A stretch of 64,000 nt of DNA from a virus, in the IMG/VR virus record IMGVR_UViG_3300022752_000035, positions 31,985 through 95,984 of that record; one strand, written 5' to 3'. The stretch's first letter is position 1; each line of letters opens with the position of its first letter. Made by a program: the position numbers and the translations under genes. Positions 1 through 8,384 of the stretch are shown one piece after another. The notes beneath the pieces were generated by a model. The model saw nothing but the letters and a program-made list of their open reading frames with translations. It made no database searches and was not told the DNA's origin.

Positions 1-1
1 T

Positions 2-616
2 GCAACAAAAGTAGCAGGAGGAGCAGTAATTTCATCAGTTTTAATGAAAAAAATGTCTATTGCTTTGTCTAAAAGAGGTCATATGGCAATATTTATAAGT
101 CAAGTTCGTTCAGACATTAAATTAGATCCATATGCAGCGAATAAAGATATTCGTCAAACTACAGCGACAGGTGGAAACGCTCTTTTGCATTTTGCAAATT
201 GGATTTTAGAATTTGAACCAAGGTTTAACAAAGATCTTATTCTTGAGAAACCAAATGAAAAATATGATCCAATTAAAAATAAAATTGTTGGTCATACAGC
301 TAAACTTACAATTAAGAAATCTACAAATGAGACAACAAATCATAAAGTAGAATATCCTATTAAGCATGGACGAAAAAATGGTTCATCTATTTGGAGAGAG
401 TATGAAATTATTGATCAATTAATCGCTTGGCAATTCGTAACAGCTAAAGGAGCCTGGATTACTATTGGAGATGAATTAATAAAAGAATTAAAAAATGCTG
501 GGTTAGATTTAATTAAACAACATCAAGGTATGGATAATTTCAGAAAATATTTAGAAGAAAATCCTAAAATAACAGAATATCTTTTTGATAAATATAAAAA
601 ACTTATACCTGCATGA
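2..616 (+). CDS. recA: RecA/UvsX-like recombinase, 5'-truncated by the window edge
   Basis: Frame is open from base 2 (ATKVAGGAVISSVLMKKM...). IFISQVR and TATGGNALLHFA match RecA 'IFINQIR' and 'TTGGNALKFYA'; C-terminal GAW motif. Confidence 0.85.
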   Translation, partial: ATKVAGGAVISSVLMKKMSIALSKRGHMAIFISQVRSDIKLDPYAANKDIRQTTATGGNALLHFANWILEFEPRFNKDLILEKPNEKYDPIKNKIVGHTAKLTIKKSTNETTNHKVEYPIKHGRKNGSSIWREYEIIDQLIAWQFVTAKGAWITIGDELIKELKNAGLDLIKQHQGMDNFRKYLEENPKITEYLFDKYKKLIPA

Positions 617-1032
617 GGTTATACAGTTTAAATGGTAGACTAGTTAATAAAAATGTCTCAAAGTATTTAATTGATTGGGATAAACCAAGCCGCAGTAAAA
701 TACAATTTAATGTAAAAAAATTTTTCGAACAATATTGGAAAAATCATATTGTTTATGAAGAGTTTCCTGTTTATGGATCTTTAATGAAAGTTGATTTATT
801 AAATGCAACAAAACGAATAGCCGTAGAAGTTAATGGCAATCAACATGAAAGCTTTAATGAATTTTTTCATTCAAATTCTAGAATGAACTATCTTCAAAGT
901 ATAAAAAGAGATTGCAAAAAAGCTCAGTGGTTGGAAAAAAATAATTTTAAATTTATTGAAATTTATGAAAAAGATTTAAAAAATTTATCACTCAATTTCT
1001 TTTCTCAAAATTTCGATATTAACATATTTTAG
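613..1032 (+). CDS. DUF559/Vsr-like PD-(D/E)XK endonuclease
   Basis: YEEFPV...VDLL...IAVEVNGNQH...RDCKKAQWLEKNNFKFIEI pattern; ATGA overlap with recA. Confidence 0.65.
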   Translation: MRLYSLNGRLVNKNVSKYLIDWDKPSRSKIQFNVKKFFEQYWKNHIVYEEFPVYGSLMKVDLLNATKRIAVEVNGNQHESFNEFFHSNSRMNYLQSIKRDCKKAQWLEKNNFKFIEIYEKDLKNLSLNFFSQNFDINIF

Positions 1033-1037
1033 TGTAA
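1032..1037 (+). promoter_or_regulatory. GTGTAA putative late-promoter motif
   Basis: GTGTAA 8 nt before the GTG start at 1046; the same hexamer precedes many structural genes. Confidence 0.55.
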
Positions 1038-1045
1038 AATTTTAT

Positions 1046-1294
1046 GTGCAGAAAGATTTTCCGAAGTCATTGCTTGAAGCATTAAATGAAAACTCGTTTG
1101 GCGGATTTATTTTATTTAATTTTAATGCAGAAGGCGATCCACAAGTATTAACCAAATTTGATAATCAATTAAATGCTATGGCTCTACAACAATATGTTAA
1201 TTATTGGGCAGAAGCAATTAATTCGTTGAATATTGAATGCACAATGCAAAATATTGCAGATATTGGTAAAAAGAAGCGTAAGAAAAAAGAATAG
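1046..1294 (+). CDS. hypothetical protein with basic C-terminus
   Basis: 82-aa ORF filling the gap between genes; ends KKKRKKKE. Confidence 0.6.
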   Translation: MQKDFPKSLLEALNENSFGGFILFNFNAEGDPQVLTKFDNQLNAMALQQYVNYWAEAINSLNIECTMQNIADIGKKKRKKKE

Positions 1295-1323
1295 TTGACT
1301 AAAAATTAAATACATACTAAAAT
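1295..1323 (+). promoter_or_regulatory. sigma70-type promoter for dnaB (near-leaderless)
   Basis: TTGACT-17 nt-TAAAAT; ATG 8 nt after the -10. Confidence 0.7.
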
Positions 1324-1331
1324 TATATAGT

Positions 1332-2822
1332 ATGCCCATATATTCAGTTCAAGTAGAGCGTCATGTTTTAGGTGGTCTCATTAGAAATCCAGAAGTATTT
1401 TTTGATGTATCAAGATTTATATCTGAAAAAGATTTTTATAATGATGTGCACAGTACAATATTTTCTTGTATTAAAGATGAATTAAATAAAAATAATAAAA
1501 TAGATAAAGTATTATTAGCGCAAAAGATTAAAAATCTTGGTATATCTTTCAAGGATGAGATTGATATATTCTCTTATATTGATGCTTTAGCTTTAACTCA
1601 AATTAATACTCAAGGTACTTTAAATGCTTGCAAAGAATTAAGTAAAATTAAAGTAAGACGAGAACTATTTGAAACAGCAGAAAATGTTAAGAAATATGTA
1701 AAAGAGAATGCAGAAGATGGAATTGATTCTATTGTTTCAAAAGTTGATGAAATTTATAATAATAAAGTAACTCAATATTATCTTGAAGGGGAACCAGTGA
1801 ATCTTTTTGAAGAGATGGAAAATATTATTGAAGAGATTGGTAATAATCCAAGAGAAGAAACTGGTTTAAGAACTCCATATAACAATTTTAATAATCTATA
1901 TGGAGGTCTAAAACAAGGGAATATTTACGCTATAGTAAGTAGACCTGGACAAGGCAAAAGCACATGGCTTAATGATATATGTTACAAAACAGCCAACATG
2001 CATAATAAAAATACAAAAGCCCTTATTCTTGATACAGAAATGAGCACATTAGATACGCAAATGAGACTTGTTGCAAGTATATCTGGTGTTCCACTTTGGT
2101 TTATTGAAACTGGAAATTGGAGAAAGAATCCAGAAATGATTCAAAAAGTTAGAGATGCATGGCCAAAGGTAAAAGGTATGACTCATTATCATTATCATGT
2201 AGCTAATAAAAATGTTGATGAAGTTGCTTCAATTATTCGTAGATGGTATTATACAAAAGTCGGTAGAGGCAATCAAGCTCTTATTGCTTATGATTATATT
2301 AAGCTAACTGGAGAAAAAGTCAGCCAAAATTGGGCAGAGCATCAAGCTATTGGTGAGAAAATTGATAAACTAAAAAGAATCTCAGAAGAAATAAAATGCC
2401 CTGTAGTTACGGCTATGCAATTAAATAGAACAGGAGAAAACTTTAATAGAAATGCTCAACAAGTTACAGATGATAGCTCTGCTATTGCATTATCAGATCG
2501 TATGCAATGGTTTGCTTCATTTGTCGGAATATTTAGAAGAAAAACACAAGATGAAATTCAAGTTGATGGAGAACAATTTGGAACACATAAATTAATTGCA
2601 ATTAAAACTCGATTTCAAGGAAGAGAAGGCACAGGTCATCACGATTTAGTTCGCAGAAGAGTAGGAGAAAATGAATTTAAATATTTTAATAATTATATAA
2701 ACTTTGATGTTGGGAATTTTAATGTAGAAGAAAGAGGAACTTTAAGAGAAATTGTTGACGCAGAGAATGAAAGACTTGATTTTGATCAAGACGGATCAAA
2801 TGAAGATGGAGAATTAATATGA
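1332..2822 (+). CDS. dnaB: DnaB-family replicative helicase
   Basis: N-terminal DnaB domain (VERHVLGGLI...DFYNDVHSTIF), Walker A SRPGQGKST, LDTEM, YDYIKL, AMQLNR, KTRF. Confidence 0.92.
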   Translation: MPIYSVQVERHVLGGLIRNPEVFFDVSRFISEKDFYNDVHSTIFSCIKDELNKNNKIDKVLLAQKIKNLGISFKDEIDIFSYIDALALTQINTQGTLNACKELSKIKVRRELFETAENVKKYVKENAEDGIDSIVSKVDEIYNNKVTQYYLEGEPVNLFEEMENIIEEIGNNPREETGLRTPYNNFNNLYGGLKQGNIYAIVSRPGQGKSTWLNDICYKTANMHNKNTKALILDTEMSTLDTQMRLVASISGVPLWFIETGNWRKNPEMIQKVRDAWPKVKGMTHYHYHVANKNVDEVASIIRRWYYTKVGRGNQALIAYDYIKLTGEKVSQNWAEHQAIGEKIDKLKRISEEIKCPVVTAMQLNRTGENFNRNAQQVTDDSSAIALSDRMQWFASFVGIFRRKTQDEIQVDGEQFGTHKLIAIKTRFQGREGTGHHDLVRRRVGENEFKYFNNYINFDVGNFNVEERGTLREIVDAENERLDFDQDGSNEDGELI

Positions 2823-3475
2823 ACGTAAAATTGATATCAGTAACTCAACCATATATTGATGGCGTAAAAAATGCAGAAGATTTAGTAGCTTATTGCGCTA
2901 GAGTAAGTAATCCATCTAATCAGATGAATACTGAAACAGCGCCAAAACTATTAGGATTTTTAATTAAACATAAACATTGGTCTCCATTTGAAATGGTTGA
3001 TATGGTTTTAGAAATAAAAACAAGCAGAGCAGTTGCCGCTCAAATTCTTAGACACAGATCATTTTCATTCCAAGAATTTAGTCAAAGATATAGTCTTGCT
3101 ACAGAATTTGAAGATATTGAGTTAAGACTTCAAGGAGATAAAAATCGTCAAGTTGGAGAGAATCTTATGCCAGTAACAAGTCCAGCATATAAAAATGTAA
3201 CAAATTTAATTGCAGAATCTATTTCATTATCTCAACATTGTTATGAGACTATGATAGAAAATGGAGTAGCTAAAGAGGTGGCTAGGATGATTCTCCCATT
3301 GACCACAGAAACCACAATGTATATGAAAGGCTCATTAAGAAGTTGGATTCATTATATTGATTTAAGAACCGAACAAAATACTCAAAAAGAACATAGGATA
3401 ATTGCTGATAGATGTAAAAAAATCTTCATGAAAGAATTTCCAATCATAAGCGAAGCATTACAATGGAAAATATAA
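2819..3475 (+). CDS. thyX: flavin-dependent thymidylate synthase
   Basis: HWSPFE, ThyX signature RHRSFSFQEFSQRY, AKEVARMILP, LR...TQKEHR. Confidence 0.95.
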   Translation: MNVKLISVTQPYIDGVKNAEDLVAYCARVSNPSNQMNTETAPKLLGFLIKHKHWSPFEMVDMVLEIKTSRAVAAQILRHRSFSFQEFSQRYSLATEFEDIELRLQGDKNRQVGENLMPVTSPAYKNVTNLIAESISLSQHCYETMIENGVAKEVARMILPLTTETTMYMKGSLRSWIHYIDLRTEQNTQKEHRIIADRCKKIFMKEFPIISEALQWKI

Positions 3476-4395
3476 AAGAAATTTTATCTAATCTTGGCTA
3501 CAATCTAAAAGAGTATTCAAAAGAGTACCGCACAAAGCCTCTATATAGAGATTCAGATAATGAAAATGTTTTAGTTATATATAAAGACTCTGGTAAATGG
3601 GTAGATTTTAAGGAAAATATAACAGGTAATCTTCAAGATCTAGTTAGAATGACTTTAAATCTTCAAGATAATGTTGAAGCAAAAGAATGGATAACTCAAA
3701 AATTACCAAATACAGAAACATATACAGTTTATAAAAAGCCACAAATTAAACAGGTAAAATGCTATTCATCTGATGTTCTAACTAAACTAGTTAAAGATCA
3801 TTCATTTTGGCATAAAAGAAATATTAGTGATGAAACAATGAATATTTTTGAAGGTGGGATCTTAAAAGAAGGAAGAATGAAAGGCAGGTATGTTTTCCCT
3901 ATTTTCGATAAAGAGCGTAAACTTATTGGGGTTGCAGGAAGAGATATTCTTAATAGAAATGAAAAGATGTGCCCAAAATGGAAATTAGTAGGAGATAAAG
4001 TGAATTGGAAATATCCACTTCAAGTAAATGCAAATATTCTATCAGAGTCTAAAGAAGTTTTTCTAATTGAAAGTGTTGGAGATATGCTTAGTCTTTGGGA
4101 AGCAGGAATTAAAAATACAATTGTTACGTTTGGTATTAATTTAAATACTAGCGTTTTAAATACATTATTGATTTTAAATCCTAATAAAATTTATATTTCA
4201 TTTAACAATGATGCAAATAAAAATAATGCTGGTAATATAGCTGCAGAAAAGACTAAAGAGAAATTACTAAAGCATTTTGATAAACACCAAATTAAAATAG
4301 TTTTACCATCTAAGAAAGATTTTGGTGAAATGACTAAGGAAGAAATTTTACAATGGAAAGATATTAATTTTATGGAGCAAAAAGAGCGAAAGTAG
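3463..4395 (+). CDS. DnaG-type primase (TOPRIM)
   Basis: GRYVFPIFD...IGVAGR, LIESVGDMLSL, KDFGEM; lies downstream of the helicase. Confidence 0.8.
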   Translation: MENIKEILSNLGYNLKEYSKEYRTKPLYRDSDNENVLVIYKDSGKWVDFKENITGNLQDLVRMTLNLQDNVEAKEWITQKLPNTETYTVYKKPQIKQVKCYSSDVLTKLVKDHSFWHKRNISDETMNIFEGGILKEGRMKGRYVFPIFDKERKLIGVAGRDILNRNEKMCPKWKLVGDKVNWKYPLQVNANILSESKEVFLIESVGDMLSLWEAGIKNTIVTFGINLNTSVLNTLLILNPNKIYISFNNDANKNNAGNIAAEKTKEKLLKHFDKHQIKIVLPSKKDFGEMTKEEILQWKDINFMEQKERK

Positions 4396-4400
4396 TGTAA
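4395..4400 (+). promoter_or_regulatory. GTGTAA putative late-promoter motif
   Basis: GTGTAA overlaps the primase stop and lies 7 nt before the endonuclease ATG. Confidence 0.55.
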
Positions 4401-4407
4401 ACATTAT

Positions 4408-5163
4408 ATGGGATATATCTATAAAATTACTAATTTAATCAATAATAAAAAATATATTGGTAAAACTACGGCCAAAAATGCAATTAGAAGATGGGTAGAG
4501 CATAAAAGTAAAGCGAAAAGAGATCCTAGGACACCTATAGAATTTGCTATTAAAAAATATGGATATAAAAATTTTAAATTTGGAATAATAGTAAAATCAC
4601 GTAATAAAAACTTACCAAAATTAGAAACAAAATATATTATAAAATATAATAGTCTTGCACCAAATGGTTATAATTTAGAAATTTATCAACCTAATAGAAT
4701 TTTAACTAAAGCATCTTTAGAAAAGATGAGTAGATCAAATCAAGGTAAAAGTAAAGCAAAAAATAAAACTTCTAAATATATTGGCGTTTATAGAGATAAA
4801 AATTCTATTCACGTAGAATTAAGACACAAAAATATCAAATATAAAAAAGCATTTTCTTCTGAAGCTAAAGCATCAATTGCTTACGATAAAATGGCATTAT
4901 ATTTATACGGTAAATCTGCTATTTTAAATCATAAGAATAAAAGAAATAAATGGATAAAACAAAATTTAAAAAAATTTTATAAATATTTTATTAAAAAAAC
5001 TCCAATAGAAGAAACTAATTTATATTATGATCCTAAAAGAAAAAAATGGCAATCAAGATTAAGATTTAATAAAAAAATTTTTCATTTAGGAAGATTTCGT
5101 TCAAAAAAAGAAGCAGTCCAAGCAAAAATAAAAAAGATGAAAGAATTAAAAATTTATGTCTGA
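4408..5163 (+). CDS. free-standing GIY-YIG homing endonuclease with AP2-like DNA-binding domains
   Basis: GYIYKITNLINNKKYIGKT...R...H...E...GYN; SKYIGV...A..AYD; KKWQSRLRFNKKIFHLGRFRSKKEAVQA. Confidence 0.88.
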   Translation: MGYIYKITNLINNKKYIGKTTAKNAIRRWVEHKSKAKRDPRTPIEFAIKKYGYKNFKFGIIVKSRNKNLPKLETKYIIKYNSLAPNGYNLEIYQPNRILTKASLEKMSRSNQGKSKAKNKTSKYIGVYRDKNSIHVELRHKNIKYKKAFSSEAKASIAYDKMALYLYGKSAILNHKNKRNKWIKQNLKKFYKYFIKKTPIEETNLYYDPKRKKWQSRLRFNKKIFHLGRFRSKKEAVQAKIKKMKELKIYV

Positions 5164-6145
5164 TCAAAATAAAGTTTTATCGGCATCGAGAATAAAGACT
5201 TTAGAAATATGTTCTTGGACATATTGGAATCATTATCATAAAAAAATTCCTCAAAAACAAAATGATGGAAGTCTTAGGGGTACAATTTGCCATACAATTT
5301 TTGAACTTCTCTTGAATAAGAAGCATAAAAAACATTTTAATTCTATAATTAAAAAGAATTCTATAAAAGGCAGTAAAGCTATAGAACGATTGGTTATTAA
5401 ATTAATGAATCAGTCTCCATTAGATATGTCTAATTTTGAAGTTTTAGATGAAATGATATTAGTTGGCTTAAAGCATGATTTTTACGGAGAAGATGGTAAA
5501 ATCGTATCTCCAGAGTATGCATTTGAAATAAAGAGTGATAATCCAAAGTATCATGTTAAGGGCTTTATTGATAAGCCTATTAAAATGAAAAATAAAATGG
5601 TAATAGTTGATTATAAAAGCTCCAAGGCTAAATTTAGGGGTGATGACCTTGAAGCAAATATTCAAGCTATGATGTATAGTCTTGCGAGTAAAAAATTATG
5701 GCCTAAATTGAAGCCTATTGTAAAGTTCTTATTTTTAAGATTCCCTAAACAACCCATACAAGAGCTTGAGTTTGATGATAATCAAATAAAAGGTTTTGAG
5801 TATTATCTAGAATATGTAAATGCTCACATTAATAACTTTGATATTAAAAGCGCAGAGTCTAATTTTGCTTCTGATAATCCTAAAAACAAATGGATGTGTG
5901 GAGTTGGTAATTGGAAATGTCCATACAAAGATTCTTTCGAATATTATGTCAAATTAAATGATAAAAATGAAATTATAGAATCAAATTTTGATGGTAATTT
6001 TAAAGATGTCAAAGGATTTAAAATAGAAAAAAGAAAATATAATGGTTGTCCAAGATTTAATAATATTTCAATTAACCAATCTTCTAATGATATTCTAGAA
6101 GAAATGTCTGGAAAACCTAAAGATGATTTTGAAGATTTGGCTTGA
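5156..6145 (+). CDS. PD-(D/E)XK exonuclease, Cas4/RecB-like
   Basis: LSASRIKTLEIC, RGTICH, GFID...IVDYKS, Q...Y, C-terminal Cys cluster (MC..WKCPY..GCP). Confidence 0.82.
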   Translation: MSDQNKVLSASRIKTLEICSWTYWNHYHKKIPQKQNDGSLRGTICHTIFELLLNKKHKKHFNSIIKKNSIKGSKAIERLVIKLMNQSPLDMSNFEVLDEMILVGLKHDFYGEDGKIVSPEYAFEIKSDNPKYHVKGFIDKPIKMKNKMVIVDYKSSKAKFRGDDLEANIQAMMYSLASKKLWPKLKPIVKFLFLRFPKQPIQELEFDDNQIKGFEYYLEYVNAHINNFDIKSAESNFASDNPKNKWMCGVGNWKCPYKDSFEYYVKLNDKNEIIESNFDGNFKDVKGFKIEKRKYNGCPRFNNISINQSSNDILEEMSGKPKDDFEDLA

Positions 6146-6170
6146 CGTAAAATATTAAATATAGTATAAA
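6142..6170 (+). promoter_or_regulatory. sigma70-type promoter (leaderless)
   Basis: TTGACG-17-TATAAA; ATG 6 nt after the -10. Confidence 0.65.
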
Positions 6171-6176
6171 CGAATC

Positions 6177-6938
6177 ATGTACAATGTAATTCCATTATTT
6201 AAAAGTCATTTTTCAATAGGTAAAAGTATTTTGACTTTAGAAGAAGGAAATTCAGAAGAAAACGAGCCAGATTCAATAGTCCAAATAGCAAAAGATAATA
6301 AATTAAAAAAAGTATTTTTAGTGGAAGATTGTTTTAGTGGTTTTCTTCAAGCTTTTAAAAATCTAAAAGCCAATAATATAGATCTTATATTTGGCATAAA
6401 ATTTGTTTTCTGTGAAAATATAACCAATAAAAATGAAGAAGAACTAAAAAAACATCATAAATTAATAATATTTGCTAATGGCACAGAAGGTTATAAAACT
6501 TTAGTAAAGCTTTGGACTAAAGCAAGTGTTGAAGGTTTTTATTATACTCCAAGGTTAGATATGAATATTTTAAAAGAACATTTCAATAACACTATAAAAA
6601 TAGCAATTCCATTCTATGATAATTTTATATTTAATAATAGTTTAAAAGGATATCAATGTGTTCCATTTATAGAAAATTACAAACCAACAGTATTTATTGA
6701 GGATAATTCTTTAGTGTTTGATTCAATTCTAAAACATAAAATGAACCAATTTGCAAATTTAAATAACTTAGATACGCTTCAAACTAAAAGCATTTATTAT
6801 AAAAATAAAAAAGATTTTAAAAGCTTTCTTACGTTTAGATGTATCAATAATAGAACGACACTAAATAAACCAGAAATTGAGCATATGTCTAGCGATGAAT
6901 TTTGCGTAGAAAGTTGGCAAGAACAAAACAAAAAATGA
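6177..6938 (+). CDS. stand-alone PHP domain of DNA polymerase III alpha
   Basis: KSHFSIGKS, IFG, LIIFANGTEGYKTLVKLWTKA..EGFYYTPRLD match the DnaE N-terminal PHP domain. Confidence 0.82.
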   Translation: MYNVIPLFKSHFSIGKSILTLEEGNSEENEPDSIVQIAKDNKLKKVFLVEDCFSGFLQAFKNLKANNIDLIFGIKFVFCENITNKNEEELKKHHKLIIFANGTEGYKTLVKLWTKASVEGFYYTPRLDMNILKEHFNNTIKIAIPFYDNFIFNNSLKGYQCVPFIENYKPTVFIEDNSLVFDSILKHKMNQFANLNNLDTLQTKSIYYKNKKDFKSFLTFRCINNRTTLNKPEIEHMSSDEFCVESWQEQNKK

Positions 6939-7453
6939 AAACAATACAAAAAATAGTTAATGAATATGGAAATAAAGTTCGTCAAAGGACCGATAATGAA
7001 GATAGAGGTCTTGGATATAGAAATATGCTTTATAAAGAAGATGGACTTTATGCAATTGATCTAGATTTAATCTGTTTAAGCTTTAAAAATGATATGCCAG
7101 AAGCAAAAGCAGTTTTAGAATTAACTAGAATAGATAATTATATTTTTGAACCATCACCAAATTATTTTGCAGCTATTCTTTCCAGATATTCAGAAAGAGA
7201 TAGGCAAAAATATATTAGTGTTTGGGCTGGAAATAAATTAGGTGCAGATGTCTATATAGTAGCTTTTGCAGATAATTTAAAGTTCTTTCATATGTATAAT
7301 CTTACAAAAGATAATAAAGTTTGGATAAAGCAAACTTTTATAGAACATTTAGAGTGGCATTATAATATAAGAGAAATGAAAATTCCTTATCATATATATG
7401 AAAAAAATAAAGATCAAGAAACTATACATGATCCTTTTGAGGATATAGGATAA
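6935..7453 (+). CDS. hypothetical protein, possibly a degenerate restriction-endonuclease fold
   Basis: Likely ATG start at 6935 (ATGA overlap); IDLD...AVLELT resembles PD-(D/E)XK spacing. Confidence 0.45.
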   Translation: MKTIQKIVNEYGNKVRQRTDNEDRGLGYRNMLYKEDGLYAIDLDLICLSFKNDMPEAKAVLELTRIDNYIFEPSPNYFAAILSRYSERDRQKYISVWAGNKLGADVYIVAFADNLKFFHMYNLTKDNKVWIKQTFIEHLEWHYNIREMKIPYHIYEKNKDQETIHDPFEDIG

Positions 7454-7455
7454 TT

Positions 7456-8097
7456 ATGGACGAACATCTTTTAAGATTTGATAAAAGTAAGACTCTATTA
7501 TTTATAGATTGTGAGACTTTTAATCTATGTTTAAATTATTGTCATAATAGACCTTGGCAAGTAGCGATGATTAAATGCCAAGGCGATAAAATTATTGATT
7601 CTAAAGATGTTTATTTGAAATGGAATACTCATCTTAAAGTAAGCAAAGATGCAGCAAAAATCACAAGATATGATCCAAAAAATATAGAAAAGCATGGAAT
7701 TTCACCAGAAACTTTTTTTCCTACTATGAAAGATTGGATAGAAAAAGCAGACTATATAGTAGGCCATAATATTCTAGGATTTGATCTTTATATATTGTCT
7801 GAATATTATAAATTTATGGGATTAAAACCTTTTGATTTTATATCTAAATCTATAGATACAAATTTATTATATAAAGGAATTAAAACTTCAAATGCCTTTG
7901 ATTCAAAAAAAGACAGTCTTCCAGAATATATGTATAAACTTTATCATACTAAAGTGAAAAATGTTAGGACTAATCTTACAGCTGCAGGAAAAGATTTGGA
8001 TATACAACATGATTATGATTCTTTACATAATGCTCTTTCAGATCTTGAATTAAATTTTAAAGTATGGAATAAAATTAAATATATGGTTAATATTTGA
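7456..8097 (+). CDS. DEDDh 3'-5' exonuclease (DnaQ/epsilon-like)
   Basis: IDCET, GHNILGFD, HNALSD. Confidence 0.88.
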   Translation: MDEHLLRFDKSKTLLFIDCETFNLCLNYCHNRPWQVAMIKCQGDKIIDSKDVYLKWNTHLKVSKDAAKITRYDPKNIEKHGISPETFFPTMKDWIEKADYIVGHNILGFDLYILSEYYKFMGLKPFDFISKSIDTNLLYKGIKTSNAFDSKKDSLPEYMYKLYHTKVKNVRTNLTAAGKDLDIQHDYDSLHNALSDLELNFKVWNKIKYMVNI

Positions 8098-8126
8098 TTG
8101 CATTTTTATTAAACAACACATATAAT
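8098..8126 (+). promoter_or_regulatory. sigma70-type promoter (leaderless)
   Basis: TTGCAT-17-TATAAT; ATG at 8133 is 6 nt after the -10. Confidence 0.7.
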
Positions 8127-8132
8127 ACTTTT

Positions 8133-8384
8133 ATGGCATCAATGGATTTTATATACGATATTTTGCAAAAATTTGAAAAAGAAAAGATTGATTATCTTTT
8201 GATTACTTTGCAGCATGGAAAAACCACTAGTAAAGCTGATGTTTTTTATTCATTAGAAAATGAAGAGAAATCTTTTGCAGCCTTAAAAGAAGGTCTTTCT
8301 GAATTTCAACAGAACTTAGATAAGTCAGTAAATAAATATAAAAAGAGACGCAAGAAGAAAAATAGTGATGACGAAGACTTTTGA
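8133..8384 (+). CDS. hypothetical protein
   Basis: Start moved to ATG 8133 (MASMDF) on promoter position; basic/acidic tail. Confidence 0.6.
   Translation: MASMDFIYDILQKFEKEKIDYLLITLQHGKTTSKADVFYSLENEEKSFAALKEGLSEFQQNLDKSVNKYKKRRKKKNSDDEDF

Noticed and set aside
5156-6145. CRISPR-associated cas4
   Set aside because: No array or other cas genes; stand-alone Cas4/RecB-like nucleases are common in phage replication modules.
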